This document shows, piece after piece, positions 34,046 to 43,400 of a stretch of DNA of 64,000 nucleotides. The stretch is from NCBI GenBank assembly GCA_052426225.1, contig JBNJNM010000007.1:124001-188000 (forward strand), given 5' to 3'. The first letter of the stretch is position 1. The number at the start of each line of letters is the position of its first letter. This stretch comes from Zancudomyces culisetae HAW-14-8 (Eukaryota > Fungi > Kickxellomycota). A model generated the notes under the pieces. The model was not told the DNA's origin, searched no databases, and saw nothing but the letters and a program-made list of their open reading frames with translations. The translations under genes were made by a program, and so were the position numbers.

Positions 34046-34508
34046 TGTCATATAGTGACATGAACCCTTGGTGATAAACTAATATTATATGTTTATCATC
34101 AAGTGAAATAATTAAATTATTAATATACTTTTAGTTTTAGTTTTTTTAGTATTCAATGAAACTGATTCATTGATGTTTTTTCTAAGAGTATTAGTTTATT
34201 ACTCAATTAAATTGTTTCAGTATTAGTTTATTTAGTTAGTATTAGTTCAATAGTTAGTTATTAGTATATTTATAATACTAGGAAAAGTATTTAAAGGGTT
34301 AGTTATTGCATAAGGAAATAAATATCATTCTATCATACAAGCTTTATAGTAGTAAATAAATAGTTATGATCAACTACAGATGTTTATATTAAGTTTATAA
34401 TAGTTTCAACTAAGTTTATAATTTATAACAATAATTATACGATACATATTATACATATATAAATAAGAAAAATATAAATAATTATAAGTAAAATTTAATT
34501 ATACAACA
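34046..34508 (+). repeat. 3' LTR of element A
   Basis: Copy of 29105-29567, preceded by PPT AAAGAGGAGGG (34032-34042). Confidence 0.97.
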
Positions 34509-34511
34509 TTC

Positions 34512-34877
34512 TGTCGTATAGTACAATAGTACTATGTTTTAGTTTAGTTTTGTTTATTTTAGTATATTTTTTAGTTCAATTTTATAAAGTTATTTTAGAT
34601 AGGTTTTATTGGCTAAAATTACGTAAAGGAAAAACAATGAAAATTGAATCCCTTTAATCGTAATTAGTTTTTATTTAAGGTTTGGTAGAGTTTTTGTGAG
34701 AGTTTTATCTATCAGATTTTTTGGTTCACATTAATAAATATTAGATTCTAATCACTCAATATATCAGTACAAGTTAATCTTTAAGTGGTATTAGTTATCA
34801 AGGATAATACTTACTTAGAGTTACAAATTATATTGTTTTTACATTAGGTATAAATAAAATTTCTTTATTATACGACA
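34512..34877 (+). repeat. 5' LTR of element B
   Basis: Direct repeat of 39227-39592. Confidence 0.97.
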
Positions 34878-34878
34878 G

Positions 34879-34898
34879 TGGTGCCTTCTGTCGGAATC
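34879..34898 (+). promoter_or_regulatory. Primer-binding site of element B (TGGTGCCTTCTGTCGGAATC)
   Basis: Begins 1 nt after the 5' LTR. The reverse complement GATT CCGAC AGAAGGC A CCA fits T-loop end, T-stem, acceptor stem, discriminator and CCA. Confidence 0.88.
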
Positions 34899-34919
34899 TA
34901 CATCGATACTAATTGAATC

Positions 34920-37900
34920 ATGGACAAAGTCACTATATTCGAAAGTGGGAAAGGAATAAACGCCGAGGACTGGCTTGAGGACTTTCAACTAATTGCGAAG
35001 ATTAACAAGTGGGACCCTGAGGATTGGGTCGGGTTAGTTAAGTTGTGGCTAGGCAAGTCTGAAACAATCTGGTATAAGAGGAACAAGAATAGTTTCACGT
35101 CGTGGGAAATATATACTAAGGAGTTCAAAAAGAAATATAGTACAGTGTTTTCTACTAGTGGAGCATGGACCAGACTTGGAACAATCAAACGAGCAGAGTT
35201 TGAAAGTCTGGAGGAGCTAGAAATGGAATTGGAAAAGTTATGGAAACAAGTAGGAATCAAGGAAGAGGTGACTAAACTTGGTTCACTGGTTAGTACGTTC
35301 TCAGATGATATTAGGGAAAGACTTTCAGATAAGGAAGGTTTAGATAGAGAAGCGGTACTTAAGTTAGTGGCTAAGTTGGAACAAAGTACAAATTGTAGGA
35401 GGGATATACAGGCAGCAATTAAGAGTAGTAAGCCAACTACTAAGAACGCTGCTACCCGGTCAGGCAAGTCGGTAAAAGAATTGACTACGGAAGCTGGGCA
35501 GTTTGGAGAGTTTCTCAAAACCTTTCAAGAGCTTAGTGTCAGCCTCTTGGAAAAGTTAGATCAAACGGTTGCTTCAACTAAAAAGTGGGGAAGTCAAGCA
35601 AAGGTGGAACGTGCAAGCACATGGGAGTGTTATTATTGTCATGAGAAAGGTCACCGGAAGTTTGAATGTCCACGGTTTCAAAAGGAGCACGAGGAAAAGA
35701 AAGTCAATTTTTTATCCATAGGTACTGAACCTACTGAAGTAGACGAAGTACTTATGGTAGAAAAAAGAAAAGCAACGGATGCGGCTGGTCGAGTTGGAAG
35801 ACCAGCTAAGATTAGAAATACGGGAGACATGGACGCACAGGAGCTTCGGGCGGAGAGAGTCACCCAACCGGAGTCAGGAACGATTGATAGAGTGAAAAAG
35901 TTCAATTTGAGGGAAGAGTTGGAGAAAGTCTATCCAAAAATTAGCATGATTCAATTACTTCAAAATTCGGAAAAAATTGCACAGGATTGGAAAAACATAG
36001 TTGAAGTTTCACCGCAGACCGCCCTAAACGAGATAAGAATCCAGGAAAAAGCTACTACAAACTGTAGTATGACGGTTGAGATTTACCAGTTACAGTGGAA
36101 AGCGGTGGTAGACACAGGGGCGGCATGCTCTGTGATTACTACAGGTGCTTTGAACAAGACTGGTTTGGAGCCTAACATGAAGAGTTCGCACGTTATTATA
36201 ACAGCGGACGGGAAACGTCATGAAACTCTAGGTGTGGTGTCAGGTGTACCAATTATGATTAGTAAAATTGAGTTCGTAGCATCATTGGTGGTGTTGGGAA
36301 ATATGTCACCAACAATAATATTAGGTATGGATTGGCTTTTAAAACATAAAGCCAGTCTAAATCTAGCAGTGCCAGAACTAAGATTACCTGTGGATAGAGC
36401 AGAAGTGGTAACACCACTAGTTACTACCAAAGAAGCACATACTGTAGAGGAAACCTGGGATTTATATTTTTTCACGGAATCACCAACAGGAATCCAAGGT
36501 GATGGTGTAGCAGGTTTAGAGGCCTTGATCCAGGACTATAACGAATTATTTGTAGATGATATCGACAAGTTAAAGCAAACAAATGTAGCCGAGCACAGGA
36601 TAGTACTCACGGATAACAGGCCAATTAAGCAAAGACCGTACAGGATACCGTTTCGTCTACAAGAAGAAGTAGGAAAAGAAATAGATAGGATGTTAGAGCA
36701 AAATGTAATTGCACCTAGTAACTCCGAGTGGTGCTCGCCGGTGGTGGTTGTCCAGAAGAAAAACGGTAAACTGCGCATCTGCGCAGATTATAGGAAGTTA
36801 AACGCAGTTACAGTCAAAGATTCATACCCACTACCGATTATTCAGGATTTGTTTATGGCCTTGGCTGGTGCGTGCATCTTTACTACTTTAGATGCACTCA
36901 GCGGCTTTTGGCAAATAAAAATGTCAGAAGAAGACCGAGAAAAGACGTCATTCGCGTTGCCGGGAGGGGGGAGTTACCACTATAACGTCATGCCTTTCGG
37001 TTTGACAAATAGCCCTTCCACTTTCCAAAGAACAATGGAAACTGTGTTGAAAAAAGTTCTATGGAAGAAGGCAGTTGTTTTTGTTGACGACATAATCGTC
37101 TTTTCAAAAAGTGCAAGCAGTCATGTAGAAGATCTTAAGGAAGTTTTAGAATTATTAAAACAAGGCCAGATACAGTTGCATAAAGATAAATGCAATATAG
37201 GGTTAACAGAAATTGATTATTTGGGTCATGTTATTTCGGGTGAAGGTATTGCAACTAGTTCAACAAAAATTGAAGCCATTTCAAAGTTAAAGTCACCGAC
37301 ATGCATAAAAGAAGTTCAGTCATTTTTGGGGATGACAGGTTATTATCGTAAGTTTATTGAAAAATATGCTATAATAGCTAACCCACTAACTGCGTTATTA
37401 AAGAAAGGAATAAAGTGGAACTGGGGAAAATCTCAAGAAGAAGCATTTTTAGAGTTGAAAAAAGCGATGACGGAAGCCCCAGTGCTTGCGCACCCAAATT
37501 GGGATTATTCTTTTGTGGTTACGACGGACGCTGCAGTTAGTGGAGTTGGAGCAATACTATCACAAGTTATTGAAGGAAAAGAAAGACCAGTGGAGTATGC
37601 AAGTAGAACAACCAGTAATGCAGAGAAAAATTATTCGATCAGTCACTTGGAGGGGTTGGCGGTTGTCTGGGCCGTTAAAAAGTTTAAGTTTTATTTATAT
37701 GGTAGGAAGTTTGTAATAAAAACCGATCATAAAGCATTATTAAATATGTTTAACGGCGAAGAATTAAGTGGAAGGCTAGCTAGATGGGCTATGTTTCTTA
37801 GAAGTTACGAATTCGATATAGAGCATATACCAGGGAAGGTCAATCCTGCTGACCATTTATCTCGAAGTAGTCTGATAGAAACAACTGAGGAAGAATCAAT

Positions 37901-39215
37901 TGAAGTCTACAACATTTGGGTAAACGAAGAAAATTTAGTTAGGCAATTTTTATTAGATGGAACACTGCCACAAGACGTTTCAGAAGAGTTAGCTGAAAAA
38001 ATAAAGAAAAAATCTAAGTCATACAAGCAGGTGGATGGCAAAATATACAGGTGGGTTAAGGGACAATTAAAAGAAGTTTTGACGGCTGAAGAGAGTATAG
38101 ATATGATCAAGAAGGTTCACGACGATACACACGAGGGTATCGAAAACACTTGGGTAAGAGTAAGCAGAAATCATTATGCTAAAGGATTGTACAAGCAGGT
38201 AGTGGACTATGTTAAGCGGTGTCATGTTTGTCAAGTTTTCAAGGATGGAAGAAGTCGTAAACACCCGTTGGTACCAGTGCATGCAGTCAAGCCGTTCGAA
38301 ATATTCGGTATGGACGCTATCGGTCCTATCAATCCTATTTCAGAGTCAGGAAATCGTTATATTCTAACAGCTATAGATTATTGCACGAAATGGCCGATAG
38401 CCATTCCCGTAGACAACTTGTTAAGTGAAACTATAGTAGACTTTATAATAAACAATATCGTTACTTACTACGGTGTACCACAGAAGATAATAACAGATAG
38501 GGGTTCGAGCTTTGTCAGCAACGTTACTACTGAGGTATTCAACTGGTTACAGCTGGACCACAGTCCTACCACTTCATACCGTCCGCAGAGCAACGGACAG
38601 TGTGAAAGATTGAACAAGACGTTAGTAAATTTGTTACAGAAGATATGTAGGAAAGACAAAAATAATTGGGATCGTTACCTGTGGAAGGTGTTACTCATCA
38701 TGAGAACTATGGAGAGCAAGAGTACTGGTTATACACCCGCCGAGATGATGTACGGAACCGAAATGTGCATTCCCTCGACTTGGAAATCTAATGGTGTAAT
38801 TGAAGATGAAGTTGAACAAGTTAAAAGTAGATTGGAGCTAATGAAGAGTAACTTACCGCAAATAAGAAAAATCGGGGTTCGCAAAGCTGTAGCAGCAAAA
38901 GAATCTGAAAAAGTAAGATATAATAAAACCGTTAAATTTACAAAATTTCAAGTTGGAGAAAAAGTGTTAAAGTTAGTAGAGTATGAAAGAGGAAAGCTTG
39001 AAAGTTTATGGGAAGGCCCATATACAGTTATGAAAAGGTTTACTAAGGGGGCTTACTTAATCTCAGATCAGTTCGGAAATAGAGATTTAGTCAACGGAGA
39101 CTTGCTAAAGAAGTACCATGAATCTAAATTTATGATTCCCGAAATTTCAAATCGACTTCGACCTAAGTTACTTACCTTTAAACAGGCTCAAAATAATGAG
39201 GGCATTATCGCCTAA
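34920..39215 (+). CDS. Gag-Pol polyprotein of element B
   Basis: CYYCHEKGHRKFEC; VVDTGA; FVDD; TTDAA...LEGLAVVWA...TDH; HDDTH...CHVC; GMDAIG, ITDRG, NGQCERLN; WEGPY. Confidence 0.98.
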   Translation: MDKVTIFESGKGINAEDWLEDFQLIAKINKWDPEDWVGLVKLWLGKSETIWYKRNKNSFTSWEIYTKEFKKKYSTVFSTSGAWTRLGTIKRAEFESLEELEMELEKLWKQVGIKEEVTKLGSLVSTFSDDIRERLSDKEGLDREAVLKLVAKLEQSTNCRRDIQAAIKSSKPTTKNAATRSGKSVKELTTEAGQFGEFLKTFQELSVSLLEKLDQTVASTKKWGSQAKVERASTWECYYCHEKGHRKFECPRFQKEHEEKKVNFLSIGTEPTEVDEVLMVEKRKATDAAGRVGRPAKIRNTGDMDAQELRAERVTQPESGTIDRVKKFNLREELEKVYPKISMIQLLQNSEKIAQDWKNIVEVSPQTALNEIRIQEKATTNCSMTVEIYQLQWKAVVDTGAACSVITTGALNKTGLEPNMKSSHVIITADGKRHETLGVVSGVPIMISKIEFVASLVVLGNMSPTIILGMDWLLKHKASLNLAVPELRLPVDRAEVVTPLVTTKEAHTVEETWDLYFFTESPTGIQGDGVAGLEALIQDYNELFVDDIDKLKQTNVAEHRIVLTDNRPIKQRPYRIPFRLQEEVGKEIDRMLEQNVIAPSNSEWCSPVVVVQKKNGKLRICADYRKLNAVTVKDSYPLPIIQDLFMALAGACIFTTLDALSGFWQIKMSEEDREKTSFALPGGGSYHYNVMPFGLTNSPSTFQRTMETVLKKVLWKKAVVFVDDIIVFSKSASSHVEDLKEVLELLKQGQIQLHKDKCNIGLTEIDYLGHVISGEGIATSSTKIEAISKLKSPTCIKEVQSFLGMTGYYRKFIEKYAIIANPLTALLKKGIKWNWGKSQEEAFLELKKAMTEAPVLAHPNWDYSFVVTTDAAVSGVGAILSQVIEGKERPVEYASRTTSNAEKNYSISHLEGLAVVWAVKKFKFYLYGRKFVIKTDHKALLNMFNGEELSGRLARWAMFLRSYEFDIEHIPGKVNPADHLSRSSLIETTEEESIEVYNIWVNEENLVRQFLLDGTLPQDVSEELAEKIKKKSKSYKQVDGKIYRWVKGQLKEVLTAEESIDMIKKVHDDTHEGIENTWVRVSRNHYAKGLYKQVVDYVKRCHVCQVFKDGRSRKHPLVPVHAVKPFEIFGMDAIGPINPISESGNRYILTAIDYCTKWPIAIPVDNLLSETIVDFIINNIVTYYGVPQKIITDRGSSFVSNVTTEVFNWLQLDHSPTTSYRPQSNGQCERLNKTLVNLLQKICRKDKNNWDRYLWKVLLIMRTMESKSTGYTPAEMMYGTEMCIPSTWKSNGVIEDEVEQVKSRLELMKSNLPQIRKIGVRKAVAAKESEKVRYNKTVKFTKFQVGEKVLKLVEYERGKLESLWEGPYTVMKRFTKGAYLISDQFGNRDLVNGDLLKKYHESKFMIPEISNRLRPKLLTFKQAQNNEGIIA

Positions 39216-39226
39216 AGGGGGAGTGC

Positions 39227-39592
39227 TGTCGTATAGTACAATAGTACTATGTTTTAGTTTAGTTTTGTTTATTTTAGTATATTTTTTAGTTCAATTTTAT
39301 AAAGTTATTTTAGATAGGTTTTATTGGCTAAAATTACGTAAAGGAAAAACAATGAAAATTGAATCCCTTTAATCGTAATTAGTTTTTATTTAAGGTTTGG
39401 TAGAGTTTTTGTGAGAGTTTTATCTATCAGATTTTTTGGTTCACATTAATAAATATTAGATTCTAATCACTCAATATATCAGTACAAGTTAATCTTTAAG
39501 TGGTATTAGTTATCAAGGATAATACTTACTTAGAGTTACAAATTATATTGTTTTTACATTAGGTATAAATAAAATTTCTTTATTATACGACA
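39227..39592 (+). repeat. 3' LTR of element B
   Basis: Copy of 34512-34877, preceded by PPT AAAGGGGGAG. Confidence 0.97.
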
Positions 39593-39602
39593 ATTCAGCG
39601 AG

Positions 39603-39676
39603 GCTCTGTTAGCTCAGCTGGTTAGAGCGTGGTGCTAATAACGCCAAGGTCACAGGTTCGATCCCTGTACAGAGCA
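39603..39676 (+). tRNA. tRNA-Ile (anticodon AAT), intronless
   Basis: Acceptor stem GCTCTGT/ACAGAGC, D arm GCTC...GAGC, anticodon arm TGGTG-CTAATAA-CGCCA (AAT at 39637-39639), T arm ACAGG-TTCGATC-CCTGT, discriminator A. Confidence 0.97.
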
Positions 39677-39685
39677 TGAGTTCTC

Positions 39686-39691
39686 TTTTTT
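39686..39691 (+). terminator. RNA polymerase III terminator (T6)
   Basis: T run starting 10 nt downstream of the tRNA 3' end. Confidence 0.75.
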
Positions 39692-40601
39692 CGGTTTTTG
39701 AGTATATATTTTTTGTTTATTAGCAAATGTGTTTTGTGTGATATATAAGAATTGCATTTGCTTACCTTTTTTTTGACATTATTTAAGGGTACTGTGATAA
39801 ATTGTAAAATCGATTTTACACCAGGTCTGGCTCAATTTACTTATTAGGCGTGCAATTTATGTTGGAAAATCATCTCCATTTTTACTCACAAAGGCTCTTC
39901 ATTAGCTACCCATCATTAATTCTTAAGCCTCCGTTTGACACTTGAAGCTTTCGTACTATTTAGAAACAACTGCTGGTGAGAAATTAACTCCAGAAAATAT
40001 ATTAGGTTCATGTTTGTCAACAGCCTTGAGGTTTAATGGTTTATTAAGTTCATTCCCCGCCCCTTTTAGAAGGGTCTTGTATGCTGCGCTTATTCCCGGC
40101 CAATGAATCTAAGGTCTTTAAAATGGGGTAGAGGTGTATTTAAAAGATGGTTATTTATACAGTTAGCTGCAACTTTTCTGGTGGGTTTTTTTTTCGTCGC
40201 TTGCATCGCTATTTGTTTGGGATGTCATATTCATGCAGAAAAGAGTAGATAGCACAGGAATGTTTTGCTCAAACCCAAACAGAATGGTTTTTACTACATA
40301 GCAAAGACTCTGATGTTTAAACTTGAGTGCGTTTGATATATGCAAAATTTTCCGGGTTTTATAGCCAGTTTAGCAACTATAATACCCGTACACGCCGAAC
40401 AAGAGAATACGTCAATGCACGATTTCCTTTGCTCAGTAATCAGTTCATTCATCTAAACAGTCCATTCCATGGTTTTTCTATGCTTATGTTTAGTTTTACC
40501 CCAACTTAAACATATATATATATATAACCCTAGCTTTATCATTGATATTGACACCAGACCGAAAATTCATACCTTACTCCAAGCCACCCTTGTCACACAA
40601 A

Positions 40602-41295
40602 ATGTACAAAAAGACTAACCCGACATTACTTAACATACTTTGTGTTGTTTTTCCTCCGCTGGCAGTTTACAGAATGTGTGGTGTAGCAAAACTCTTTTTT
40701 TTGAGCATAGGCCTCACACTGATGTTCTTCATCCCTGGTAAGGATACACTTTAATAAAGATCGATATAATAGTTGCGTAAATATTCATCTATATTGTATA
40801 GGTATACTTTTTGCATTCTATGTAAAATATGCAATTCAGGCTTTCGAAAATAAAAAGAAAAAAAAGCTAAAAACAGACAAAAATACATGGAGAACATTTG
40901 ATACAAGGGAGGTAAGGTCAAACGAGAACGGTGCAACAAGTAAACGCAAAAGTGATAGTAGGATTGAGATAGGAGCTGATGAAGAAAAATGTGAGAATAA
41001 ATGTCCTGGTGGCAGTGATAGTGGTAGTGGTAGTGGTAGTGGTAGTGAGAGTAAGAGCAAGAGTAAGAGTAAAAGTGATAGTGATAGTGATAGTGATAGT
41101 GATAGCGAGATCGAGAGTGTGGATGAAAACGAAGATACGTCTGTGGAAGATATATTCGAAAGATCCAAGTTCTCTTATGTTGATATATTTGATAACAATA
41201 ACCAATACAAAAATCAAGATGGGGATGACAACGGGGATCATAGTACATTTGAACATTCTACTACGAGCGGAAAATGGAAAGGCCATGATTTATAA
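40602..41295 (+). CDS. Second Pmp3/UPF0057-family protein with a long Ser/Asp-rich C-terminal tail, 209 aa; exons 40602-40737 and 40802-41295
   Basis: MYKKTNPTLLNILCVVFPPLAVYRMCGVAKLFFLSIGLTLMFFIP-G-ILFAFYV..., a 64-nt GTAAGG...TAG intron, then an open frame through GS/KS/DS repeats to TAA at 41293-41295. Confidence 0.85.
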
Positions 41296-41720
41296 CAATA
41301 AAAAAGTTATTTCTGAGTGGTATTTACATTCAGTACTACCCATTGCGTTTTTAGTCGGACAATTTTCATTTTAATAGTGCTGATATTTATTTAATATTGA
41401 CTTTGCATAAAATCTGAAATAGTAGTGAATAGTTTTCTATGACGAGGGAGGATTTTGTACTTGAAAAAAAGTTAATAAAGAAAAGCCCAATTATGCATCA
41501 TGAAATAGGTAACTGGATGTATTAGGTCTCACTTGGCATACCCCCTAATGAGACATTTAAAATAAACACCTTTTCTCACATTTGTTAACCTATTCTGGGC
41601 GACCCAATTTCAGAAAAGCAACAGATGACCAGAATATAATTTTGTGCTTTTTGTATCAATAGAAAAGGCACAACAATCAGCTAGCTAATTTTAAAATCAG
41701 TATTATTGGTCCAGTAACAA

Positions 41721-43400
41721 TCAATAGGATTCAATACCAACAGTATCTTTAACAAATTCATAAACAACTAATCCTAAACTTGTCGCAGGAACCGCTCTAA
41801 GTGCAACTACGAGCCAGCCAGAATACAGTGATCTCAAGGCTCTTAGCGTGGTGACTGTCGAATTGGCCTTTTCGTTGGGGGTTTTCGCTAATACCTCTGA
41901 ACATATTTGTTTCCATGTGTACATGTATGGACTTGATAATATCTTGATCTTCTTTTTTTTCAAAAATCTACTATTTCTATATTTACCAGAAAGCACCCAA
42001 GAGTCGGAGAGTTGATTTACAAGTACTTTGCTTCTAAATTGATCAAGGGGATAGTCTGCTATTTGGTACATTAAAGCACACGTTGCCCCTGAAATCAGCG
42101 TACATCCAGATTGGATTATAAACCCTGGCAGATTTTTCATCGAAAAAATATCAATCTCTTTCCTAGCAACCACGTCACTATCAATAGATAGCTTGTTGTA
42201 AACAAAATCCTGTATCCTAACATTTGATTCCATAATCTCCCTTGTCTTTCGTAGCATTAACCCATAAAACCCAAAGAACACCGAAAATCCCAAAGTGTCC
42301 TAGTGTTAAATTAGTTATAAGAATTTTACTCGCGCTGCGTTGGCTGGTGATGGGATTGAGCGATAAAGAAAAACCAGGTATAAATAGGTTCATTCAGAAA
42401 CAAGCACTATAGCTACAGTTATCCAAACTATACACGTATATTCGAAATAGAATCTTACCTTTACAAAAGTTAGGCGAAAACATTTATACAACTCATGTAT
42501 GTTGGAAGCTTTAAATTCAGTCTTAACAAAACCCAAGTAACTAGAGTGCTTCCCATTAATCATATCATTGGCCTGGAAGCGCAAACTAATATTATCTAGC
42601 GGAGTGGCGACTAGAGATTGAACACCTCCTGCTATACCACCTGCTGCAAAACGAAGGTAGTCTTGTACTTCAAAAAATCTGCTTTCCTTAAGCGATTCCA
42701 ATATTTTTAAACCAGGTCTAGGAGCAGAGTCGTCTTTTTTGGAGGTAGCAATATTGTATGCTATGTACAACATGGGATATGATAGAGTGTACGTGGAAAA
42801 CAAAGAAAATCCCACAAGCCAATTGAAGAAGAGCGGCTGTAGCACAAATTTTGGCACAAAGCTAAGCTATGTTTCCAGTTTACACGGTAAGTAAAGCATT
42901 TTACGAATACCGTCATCATTTAGCGACAGTCAGCCATATGTAAATGGTGATACTATCCTCTTCGGGGGTGGGTAACTATACTTATGTTTAGTACAAGTTG
43001 TATCAAGACTTACTCCCTTTTCTTGTATAGCATTGTAAATCAGTCCAATCGAAGTGGAGTGAAAATGAAAAAGCTTTCCATTCGTAGTTTCCGGTCTGAG
43101 TGCCTTTGCTGTAGCTAAATAGTCGACTCGTACCGGCCTGAACAGCTAATATTTTAAAAGTATAAACCATACAAAATGTGATAAAAGGAGGGGCTGCGAG
43201 GTATTGGCCAGAAACGTGCGCTAATAATATATTATAAATCATGTTTATACCTTAAGCGGAGTTCTATACCACAAGTATAATGGTTTTAACAACAATCCCT
43301 TGACGGCTGATGTCGAGGCGGCCACTTTGGCCGCCTGCATTCGGCTAACACTTTCGAAATCCTGTTTGGTCTTTGCATTAATGTTACCTGGTTTCGACAT
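41721..43400 (-). CDS. Mitochondrial carrier family protein; exons 43400-43251, 43145-43014, 42866-42459, 42299-41721
   Basis: Carrier signatures AAGGIAGGVQSLVATPLDNI, YPLDQFR and LYSGWLVVALRAVPATSLGLVVYE; N-terminal PLKLFRPVRVDY across exons 1/2; phase-0 GT-AG introns. Confidence 0.85.

Larger units (their letters stand above)
29105..34508 (+). mobile_element. Ty3/gypsy LTR retrotransposon, element A (5404 bp, intact)
   Basis: 463-bp LTRs at 29105-29567 and 34046-34508, TGT...ACA, identical by eye. PBS at 29569, PPT at 34032-34042, single gag-pol ORF. TSD TTCA at 29101-29104; the right copy is split by element B. Confidence 0.97.
34512..39592 (+). mobile_element. Ty3/gypsy LTR retrotransposon, element B (5081 bp, intact; a different family from A)
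   Basis: 366-bp LTRs at 34512-34877 and 39227-39592, identical by eye, with a 9-bp terminal inverted repeat TGTCGTATA/TATACGACA. PBS at 34879, PPT at 39214-39223, TSD ATTC at 34508-34511 and 39593-39596. Confidence 0.97.

Noticed and set aside
34879-34898. Element B primed by the adjacent tRNA-Ile
   Set aside because: Only the first 6 nt (TGGTGC) agree with the expected TGGTGCTCTGTACAGGGA.
29105-39592. Single element with a shared middle LTR, a segmental duplication, or a nested insertion
   Set aside because: There are four LTRs of two unrelated sequences, two PBSs and two distinct TSDs. B lies outside A's LTR, within A's TSD.
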